Both the position numbers and the translations under genes were made by a program. From Paludibacteraceae bacterium (lineage in GTDB: Bacteria; Bacteroidota; Bacteroidia; Bacteroidales; Paludibacteraceae): a stretch of DNA of 54,268 bases. Positions 8,801 to 18,400 of the stretch are shown piece by piece; position 1 is the first letter of the stretch; each line of letters opens with the position of its first letter. The notes under the pieces are model-generated. The model was not told the DNA's origin, ran no database searches, and saw nothing but the letters and a program-made list of their open reading frames with translations. Location of the stretch: positions 1 through 54,268 of the forward strand of contig JAGCSQ010000010.1 of NCBI GenBank assembly GCA_017964045.1. Direction: 5' to 3'.

Positions 8801-9470
8801 TGTGCCTGACGATCAGGTGATTGACGTGGCTGTGCCCGCTTCAGCAGAGCCTGGTAAGTATGATGCTACCATTGTATTTGAGGATGTTGTATGCGGTGAT
8901 AAATCCTTCCCTGTTAACATGACTCTGACTTACGACTCATCCATCATCTTCCACCGTTGGAATAATAATGCCATCATATCACTCAAGAATGCGACATATG
9001 CTAAGAAGGTTGATGGTTCTGATTATGCCAACTATAATTTCACCGGATTCCAGTGGCTACATAATGGTCGTGTTGTTGATGGCGAAAACCGCTCTTATTT
9101 GGAGCAACCGGGCAAGCTCAACCCTGCTGACTCATATCAGGTTCGTCTCACTCGTACCGATGGTACGGTGCTGACATCCTGCCCCTATGTTCCGGCTCGT
9201 GCTAATGCAGCTCCATCTCGCCGTGCATACAGCGAGGATGTAGATGCTTCCATAGTATCGCCAACTGCTCCGCGATGCGGACAGCCGGTATCACTTGATC
9301 TCCGTGATGCTGCTCGTGTAGAGTTGTATTCAGCTCTTGGTCAGCGTGTTGGTGAATATGTCCTGCCTGAAGGACGTCAGTCAATAGAGGCTCCTGCTGC
9401 TTCGGGATTGTATATCCTTAATATTTACTGCGCAGGAGAGAAAGTAACTGCTAAACTGAATGTAAGATAA
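5892..9470 (+). CDS. Giant-locus protein A: secreted 1192-aa surface protein with a T9SS type-A C-terminal sorting domain
   Basis: Signal peptide MKNIYAVLLSLFAGACISGAVAQ. N-terminal lectin-like module, FN3-like module (SWSGTSASYELAFRA...YDFRVRGIC) and a Cys-bracketed conserved module (6819-7500). Also a PKD-like segment, Cys-rich GCDS modules and the tail ...VELYSALGQRVGEYVL...GLYILNIYCAGEKVTAKLNVR. Paralog of the 28741 gene. Confidence 0.8.
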   Translation: MKNIYAVLLSLFAGACISGAVAQTVSLPNQMSFEEADSVELRNKWTLNPGADAPLCKDQWIIGRSEHSAGRQALYISNNGSDAWFDTVPCVQYAYMDIQLPAGTRVDLSFDWKCIGASGNTPASLYVGWNTPQNLQVDAINRSAAVPGTILNRLTWLKAANGQEEWTNYINTFNAPADGRTMRLVFAWVNANTDPDARTIGACIDNLVITNSNCKRPYDIAAEVVTCDSVLVSWSGTSASYELAFRAAGSDVWSSYRNIEPSITDATKASFHLVNMSEGSYDFRVRGICTPDTSAWSYYNGFVVFCPETHCVNFTDLYAPTVTCTYGTTTYGGQCYNDPANRAHAYDNIGVVDYGSDAKLSRHTVNWDKMATDPRTGGDLPLIPKNGYASVRLGNWEWGNGAESITYDYLVDETSGVLLMQYAVVLEYPSSHDDEEMPRFVLEILDEDGNLLDPSCGVRNFFAKQADGVNWKSYGSGGYYGEQVVYKPWTTIGLNLKEMGIADGTHIKVRLTTYDCFLSGHYGYAYFTLDCVKATIESASCAKDETLTMHLVAPEGFKYQWYKPDGTAIPGETTREYSPLDTLTYRCRLTSTENADCYFDLYSACVPRLPVPNFTAKLAGKDCRNRMNITNKSYVKVVQRDTTIIYYNEHPDSYLWETWGTLSDGTHFVSLTSDRDNPIFDYPDEGGDFWIKLTAYLHGTCEESDSTLIHIKPIGDYGPFERDTTLCFPSGSTQKSVWLEEQEIKVSGKYTTIYKTVAGCDSTIIWNVSLGSDTVTQLTDTTICYGETLCVGETCIGPGNPLYRTGMWQWKGKTRASCECDSIIMRKVTLREEMKPTLVIDSINQKLNKFYATITIGGEGFTGYTVNYRRGENKREVTETHSAADTQIDSLNTGKVTFVFRNDYGCELEQIVILGGSCLKMSLLEQQQCLCGKSVIRYELKIDSGIPTRYRIDFGALALAQQFVNTGWVNVPDDQVIDVAVPASAEPGKYDATIVFEDVVCGDKSFPVNMTLTYDSSIIFHRWNNNAIISLKNATYAKKVDGSDYANYNFTGFQWLHNGRVVDGENRSYLEQPGKLNPADSYQVRLTRTDGTVLTSCPYVPARANAAPSRRAYSEDVDASIVSPTAPRCGQPVSLDLRDAARVELYSALGQRVGEYVLPEGRQSIEAPAASGLYILNIYCAGEKVTAKLNVR

Positions 9471-9492
9471 TTATAAACCCGCCTAAATATAC

Positions 9493-12400
9493 ATGTGTAT
9501 GAAAAGATATTTACTTGTTGTACTTGCTGCTTGTGTGTGCATAATTAATGGCTTTGCAGCTGTACCATATTTGTTGAATGAAAGTTTTGAGGAGGGAATT
9601 CCCGACAACTGGACACAAGAAGTGCTCAGCTCTGAACAGGCATTGTGGGCTGTTGATACCGAGGATACTTATCCGGCCGGTGCCTTTGATGGCTCTAAGC
9701 GCATAGCATTGCGCAATGCTACAGGAGAGAACAAAGGATACGTAACTCGACTCATCACACCCGTGATGAATCTTGCTACTACGCCCGATCCGCAATTGGT
9801 ATTCGCCTTTGCTCAACCTGCCCGTGCTGGATTCCATGATACTCTGGCAATATATTTCCGACTGAAATCTACATCCGATTGGATTTTGCTGCGTAAATAT
9901 ACAGATGTCCAGAATCGTTGGAAAGAGGAGGTTATCAATCTTGTAGCTACCTATGGTCAGGCTACTGCATTCCAATTGGCATTCGAGGCTAACGAGTGGA
10001 TGGGACGTGGTATCGTTCTTGACAATATTCGTATCTTCCCTAAGTCGCAGTGCGACTCTGTCGTTATCTCCGGTGTTGTGCCGGCATCACATAGTGCAGA
10101 GATTATTTGGACAGGTGACCTTGATGCCACATACGAGGTTCTCCTTGATACGGTATCAATTACTGATCCTGCTGCTTATGATAAGACTAAAGCAATATAC
10201 TACAACAATAATATCGATGGCTATGACGGTGGCGTTACCGTAACAGGTATTCCTTCATCGCCAAACTACTTTGTATATGTCCGTGCTACATGCTCTGATA
10301 ACGAGTCTGGCTATACCAACTGGGCAACTTACCGTTTTGCTACCAGTGCGGCATTCCCCTTCGTTCCGTCATTTGCAGATAGTATTCCTGCAATGTGGGA
10401 ACTTAAGGCAGGAGCCGTTGGCTCTCCTCTCGCTGCATTAGAAGACTCTGGTAAGGATGGATGGCAACATACCAGCTCTAATATTATCGTAGGTGATGCT
10501 CACGTTTATAGTCAAACCATATCGTCATCTTCTGCTGCATGGTTAATTACACCGCTTATTGATATGGAGGATGCGATTGCAGACCAAATTGACTTAAAGT
10601 TCCTTCTTGGAGTATCAGGTAGCGCATCTAGTGTAACAACTCCATCTTCGTATTCTCTAGGTGACGCACTTTTATACATTCTCGTATCGCAAGATGAGGG
10701 CGCCACATGGATTCGCCAAGATTCATTGTTCGCCGTTGATTTATCTACAACAGCACAACGCTTTACCATTGATATGACCGCATACAAGGGAACTAATATT
10801 CGTATAGCCTTCGTGGTGTCAGCGTCTTCATCATACATATATTTCCACCTTGGCAAAATAAGCCTTGTGGATATGAATCCGGCTTGTGCAGGTATAAGTA
10901 ATCTGAATATCCTACCTACATTGGATGGAGCCGAACTGTCATGGTCATTGCGTGGAACGAACAAGAATGCTGTGATTCATGTTTCGTCAAATAATGAATA
11001 TACCGACACGTTGCAATTGATCAATGTGTCTGAGACATCAGCTACGATAAGTGCATTAACATCTAATACAAGTTATTATGTTACCGTTCGCCAGGATTGT
11101 AATCTGGATGAGTTGCTTTTGGGCTCATTCCATACCGAGTGCGATAGGTTTACCGTAGATGATGGCACTGTTTGGACAGAAGGCTTTGAGAATATGGAAT
11201 TGGGTTCATCAACGTCTGATGCTCCTGATTGTTGGGCTCTGCTTAATGCTAATCAGGGAACATATCCATATATCTTTGTTAATAATGAGTCTGATTATGT
11301 ACACACGGGGTCAAAATCCTTATACTTCGTGTCCAGTAACTCTATCTATGAGTATGCCATTATGCCTGCTTTCAACGATATTAATGACTTGCAGATATCT
11401 TTCTCATATAAAGACGAAAACGCTTATTATAGTGGATATCTGGAGCTCGGCTATATGACAAATCCTACCGATGCGGAATCATTTGTATCGCTCGTTAAGT
11501 ACGACCGTAGTACATCCTGGGTAACAACCGACCCCGTCAGCCTCGAGCAAATACCGGCATCTGATGCTGCTCGAGCTCGTGTGGCATTCAAATATGGTGG
11601 TGCATCTACTAACTACTATTTGGGTATAGACGATATTACGTTGTCACATCTGCCGTTCTGCCGTCAGATAGGTAAAGTCTCTGTTTCTGAGATTACAGAG
11701 AATGGAGCCGTTATCAATTTCGGCGCAACTGCTCATAGCCAAAGTTATCATCTTGTACTTTCCACTACAAGCATTGATCCTGACACTTATGAAACGTCAG
11801 ATTCTGTTGTGCTGTCGCAGAACTATCCTACAAATAGAATCGCACTTGAGGATGCATCTATTCTGCAACCGAATACTCACTACTACGTATATGTTCGCAG
11901 CTTCTGTGGTGATGATTCATATGGCGAGTGGGCTGATGAGATTGACTTCCACACCCAGTGTACAGCCTTTGATGTCAACAATTTCGGTGTTGAAGACTTC
12001 CGTGAGGGAGGCAACTTCGATTGCTGGACAACCGACTATCGTACTAAGCGTACTTCAGATGCAAAATGCTCTAACACGCGCGTGCACGATGATATATATG
12101 GTGACTACCTGCTGCTCTCGCACGAGGCTGTAGATACTATCACTCACGATGGAGCATATGCAATCACACCGCAACTTGCATTCGAAGCCGGAGATAATAT
12201 CACTAATTATCAAGTAACGTTCTCGGCAGCTACTATATCTCAAGTTGCTACTAACTTGCATAAACTGAGGGTGGCTATCGTGTTCTCTACCAGCGACTTG
12301 AGTATTCAATATACCGTTAAGACTATTGACCTGGCTTATGCGGCAGATTCTAATGCAGTTCAGGATTATACTGTTACCTTTGCTAACTATCCCGGTTATA

Positions 12401-15400
12401 TGGGTTACTATGGAAACTATGTTATGTTCGCGTCTGCCGAAGCCGATGATCACGACTCAACAAACTATGTCCTCATTGATAATGTTACATTTGAGAGGGC
12501 TTCGTCATGTCCGCAGGTAATAAAATCCTCTGTTGAATCTGTTGGATTACATAATGCTGAATTGAGTTGGGAAGATACGGGAGCTCCGGAGTATGAAGTT
12601 ATGGTATCTCCTACTAAAACTCGTCAACCGGAGGAATTGACTGATGCAGTATATACAACAAAAGTCACCACCAATAAAGCAACTCTTACCTCGCTTGCTC
12701 AAACATCACAATATTATGCGTATATTCGCGGTATTTGCGGAGTAGGGGACAGTGCAAAGTGGAGTAACGCGATAGCGTTCCGTACTGCAAACGGGGTGCC
12801 TTATGCAGAATACTTTGACTCATATAAGTCATCTACATATCCTGTGGATGAATGGCGGGGGTATAGAGGAGATAGTCTGGTTAAAGATATTGTTGACGTG
12901 CAAAAAATGTCTGTAAATACAACTAGTTCCTTTGGGTGGTATTTCGCATCTAAGCCTAATCAGGTTTCTAATATGGATAGTATCGTGGTAAGGATGAATA
13001 TTTATAGCAAGTCTTATACATCTATGTTGGTATCTCCATCAATTACATTTGAGCAACCTGCTGATGGTATGGGATATCTGCTGTCTTTCAGAGCTGCTGC
13101 AGTGCCATTCAGCACAAGCTATTCACTGCCAATTACAGATGCTACGGACCATTTCTTTAAGGTAATGGTATCTACCGATGATGGTAAAACATTCATTAAA
13201 CATGCATCATGGGAAGTGGGGAAAGGCGATTATGACTATAATAGTATCAAAGAAAATGCTATCGTTGGTAAGGTTGATCTCTCTGAATTTGCAGGAAAGA
13301 CAATAAAATTGGGATTCATCGGAGGATCAGAAAACTCAACTACTCCGGATACATATTTTTATATAGATTCTGTTGCTGTCAGGGAATATAGTACTGCTTG
13401 TGGCGGTGCGTCAAGACTGTCTGCTACGGTAGATGAAAATATGTTTGCAGAGATCACATGGCACATTACGGGTAATCCGCAAGTTTCCATCCTTGAGATG
13501 GATGACACTCCTGAATTCGAGAATCCTATAGTGTCAATCACAACCTCTTCTACGTCATTTACGTATAAAAATTTGGCAAGTAGCACTACATACTATGTAC
13601 GTGTTAAACAGGATTGTCAGGATGCAGAATGGGTTACTGCGTCATTTACCACACCTTATGGCGTACCATTTGTCCAGTCATTTGACGTTTCTGAAATACC
13701 ATCTGATTGGTCGTTGTTAGAGGGTAGTCCGTCAAGTGTGTTCGGTGGTAGCAAACCTGTTAATTCAACGCAAAGTGCTTCGTATATATGGAAAGTTAAT
13801 ACAAATGCCGTTGGATCCTTGCCTGCAAACCACGTTTCTCAGTATATGTATAAGGGATACTATTATGGCTCTGCTTACTTCTATGGTGATAATCAGTGGT
13901 TAACGTCACCTGTTATTTCCTTGTCAGACGTATTTGCCGGTGATTCCTTGGAGTTTGGTTTCGATGTGGCGTATTCACGTAGTGCTACCACACTAACAGC
14001 GCCGTCATCATCAACTAACGATCATTCATTACTATTGCTTGTGTCAGATGATGGAGGAGCTACGTGGAAGAAAGCTAATAGTTGGGAATGGACTCAGTCT
14101 GACAATACCGCGAATGTTATTTTCCCGATATCTTCTATTTCAGGTCAGGTTGCCTCTGTTAAGATAGACTTCTCACAGTTTGCTGGACGAAATATTCGAT
14201 TTGCTTTCGTTTCTACGTTTGAGGACGGTTCTGCATATTTCCATCTGGGTAATGTTTATCTAAAGAAGATCATTCCAAACTGTGACGCTCCATCCGCTAT
14301 GTCTGCAACAGGTGGTGATCATAGCATAGCCCTGACTTGGACAGCAGATGCTGCTAAGCCAACTATTGTTGAAATCGCTTTGAATGAAGAGTTTACACGT
14401 GGCGTGCGACGTGATACAGTTAGTGCCGGTCTGGATACGGTCATTGGCGGTCTGCAGTCCGGTACCATCTATTATACTCGCATACGCCAGATATGTAAGG
14501 GTGGTGAAACAGAATATTCGCCGATTGATACAGCCCTAACGGAGTGTAGTGCTATCACCGATGAAGTTTGGTACGAGAACTTCGATGCAATGACTACCGG
14601 CTCTAAGACTTCTGCAGAACCTGCTATGTGCTGGAATCTGCTCAAGGCTAATGGCATTGGTATTTCTGCTTCTTCAGCAAACTACATATATGTTACAACA
14701 ACTGCAGCATATGTTCATACGCCTAACAAGGCTCTCTATTTCCAAAACGACGGAGCAAACAACGCATACGTTATCCTTCCTGAGATAGCGGATCTGAGTA
14801 CCAAGCGCATCGTGTTCTATCATTCTTATTCGTCTGTCAAGAATAGTGGTAAGTTTGTTGTAGGTTACATCACAGATGTTGCAGACGAATCTACATTTGT
14901 TGCACTCGATACTGTAAGTCATGGTGCACTGGATAAGACTCCGGCTCGTGTAGCGCTCAGTCTTGAGTCGTTCCCGGTAGGCGTTAATGCCCGCTTGGCT
15001 ATTGCATATTGCGGTGGAACCAAAACTGCTTATGCAGGTATTGATGATATCACCATCGAGCCTCTGCCGACATGTTTGGCAGTTGAGGACCTCAGCATCA
15101 GTGGTATTACCGGAACATCAGCTGTCGCAAGCTTCTCTGCTCATAGCAATGCTGACCATTACGAAGTGCTCGCTGCAACTCAGGCTCTGGACGTAAACTG
15201 GAAACTTACAGTTGCAGATTCGGCTAAGATTGTATTCTACGAGCGCAATCTGGTTCTGCCGCAATGTAGCATAACTAATTTGCTCGGTTCTACCGGATAC
15301 TACGTATATGCTCGCGTTGCATGTGGCGAAAGCGAATATGGCGATTGGTCCGATGCTGCTATCTTCCACACCGATTGCGATGCTATCGTATCATATCCGT

Positions 15401-18400
15401 GGATTGAAGACTTCGAGAGCTATGTTGCAGATTCTGTAATCAATGATGTTTGCTGGCGTGATATCCACTCTAAAGGTACAGGTTCGCAGATTGCTAAGAC
15501 ATCTTCTGCAACTGCAGGAGATAATACCAGCATGAAACTCTCTGTGGCAAGTTTGAGTTCAGGAAATAAGGTTATGGTTGCTACTCCATATTTCTCTATA
15601 CTTGAGGCTGATAAATATGAGTTCAGCATAGATGTATTCAGAAATATTAAGAGTACTGCTCATAAAGGATTACTTCATATCTATTTGTCTGCAAGTGACA
15701 CCATTGACGCTGCGGCTGTCAAGTTGGCTACAGTTCCACGTTCGTGGTCGTTCGCACCTGTTTCAGAGAACAGTGACACTGTGAAAGCAGAATCTGCCTC
15801 AGGTTGGTACACATATACATTTGCAATTCCTCAAGTCGGTGACCGTCGTATAATACTTGAATACGAAAACAGCTCAAGTGCTATAATGGTTGATAATCTT
15901 GGTGTTCGCGAGATACCAAACTGTGCTGATGTTCGTGGACTGAAGGCTGTTGAGGTAAAGGGTAAGACTGCGATTGTTACGCTCGACTCTGTAGCTTGGC
16001 AATATAACTTTATTGCAACCACTGCAGAGATAGATCCTGATACACTGGCTAATGTTGCAGAAGGTATAGTTATACTAAATGTTCTGCAACCTGAGGATAC
16101 AGTTACTATCACCGGCTTGCAACCGATTAGCACATACTATGTATATGCTCGTACTCTCTGCGAAGAAGGTTATGGCTATTGGTCAAACCCGATTATAATT
16201 TCTACAGGTTGTGGTGCGGCGATATCTGCATTACCGTGGACTGAGAACTTTAATTCACTGACATCAGGTATTCCTCAGTGTTGGGATAATTCGAAGGGAA
16301 CGACCACTTCTGAATCATATAAATGGAATGTTTATCCCAGTGGTCATAGCGGAGCTTGCCTGCGATTTGACTCATACTCGAATTCAAGCAACAATACAAA
16401 TATCCTTGTCACACCGGCTATTGAACTCGTGAAATATGTTACGTTCTCGTTCTATTGGAAGAATCCTGCAGGTGGAGAGTGCAAAGTGCAAATCTCAAAA
16501 GACGGAGGTGCAACTAAGACTACGCTCCTGAGTGAGATGACCAATGTCTCTGACTGGACACAATATGAGCTTGATTTGTCTCAATTTTACGGAGAGACCG
16601 TTAATATATATTTCTCTGCTACGAGTAACTGGGGCTATGGAGATGCATATCTTTACTTGGATGATATCTCCATAAATATATTGCCTACTTGCCGTGTTGT
16701 AACAGACATTCATGCTAATGTATCTGACACGTCTGCTATCATATCATTCAATCATACTAACGAAGGTGCTGCCTTCCAGGTTATTACTGCTAACTCGGCA
16801 ATCGTTCCTTCACGTATTGATGGCGCCGGTTTGGATATGTCTAAGATTATTAGTATTGATACCGTAGCTGAAGCTTTGGATACTGTATATGGTCTGGATG
16901 CTCAGACGAAGTACTATGTATATATTCGTGTTCTTTGTGACGACACTGATAAGGGCGAATGGGCTTCATCAGACTTCACAACTGCGTGCGGGGCAGTGGA
17001 TGTTCCATATACTATTAACTTTGAGAACGAACTATCTAACTATGCTCCATCGTGCTGGACGGTGCTGAAGGATGGTGGCTCGTATCCATATGTATATAGC
17101 GGCTCTTCATTGTCGCACGGAGGGAATAAGAGTTTTGCATGGGGAGCTTCATCCACATCCTCAACTCAGTACCGCTCGTGGGTAAGTCTTCCCGCAATAA
17201 ACAATTCTCTAAGTGGACTTGAGATGTCATTCTGGATAAGATCTGTCACAGAAAGTTATACCACGTCCGAGCAGGCGCACGATAGCTTGATTGTAGGTGT
17301 AATGAACGACCCGACGGATAAAACGACATTCGTTCGCGTTCAAGGCTTCCAGCCCAAGTCTGCTTACGAGCAGGTATTTGTTGACTTCTCATCATACACT
17401 GGTGAGGGCAGGTATATCGCCTTCTTGCGTCAGCCACTTGGCACTCCGTCTGCATCAGGGGCATATTCATATGGCTACTACGAGGACTATTACTACGACC
17501 TGCCACCTATTATTGACGATGTTGATGTACACCTGATTCCGGCTTGTCCGGCATTGCGTACATTGGAAGCTACAGGTGTCACGGCTTCAGAGGCAACAAT
17601 CTCACTTGGTTCCAACACTACGGTTAACCATGAGGTGATTGTGGTAACAGAACGTATCAATCCTGATACCGTTGCCCTTGTGCCGGCATCGAGTATTGTA
17701 CTGCACGAAATCAGCACAACGGCTTCGTATGCTTTAACGAGGCTTGTTCCGTCAACCACATACTACGTATATGCTCGCAATAATTGTGACGCTACTACAT
17801 TAGGTAATTGGAAAGATATGAGCTTTACGACCGCCTATGCTGCTACTATTCCGTTCATAGAAGATTTTGCTGCAGGTGCGCAGCCGGATAACTGGAATAG
17901 GTACAGTGGTCTGGCAAGCAGTGTGTTTGCCGGTGGTAAACTGACAGCCTATACAAGTGGTTGGGTATTTAATAATACTAATGTGTTCGGTACGTATCAC
18001 ACTAAGCTTAATGTCTATGGTCCAAGTTGTCACTATTGGCTTGTAACACCAAATATTCTTCTGCCTGAATCAGATGAAAATACCGGCGTTGCACTCGAGT
18101 TTGATGTAGCACTGTCTGTATATAATTATTCAACGGCTCCAAGTGTTTCCGGTATTACTGACGATAAGTTTATTGTTGCTATATCGTTGGATGGAGGAGA
18201 AACCTGGTTGCAGAAGGATGCTACCATTTGGGCATCTGACGGTTCTGGACAACATTCATATACGGCACTCAACGAAGTTCCTGAGCATATAACCATCGAC
18301 TTGACTGCTTATGCCGGTAAGTCTATTATGATCGGTTTCTATGGTGAAAGCACCGTTTCTGGTGGTGATAACGACTTGCACATTGCCAATGTTAGTGTCA

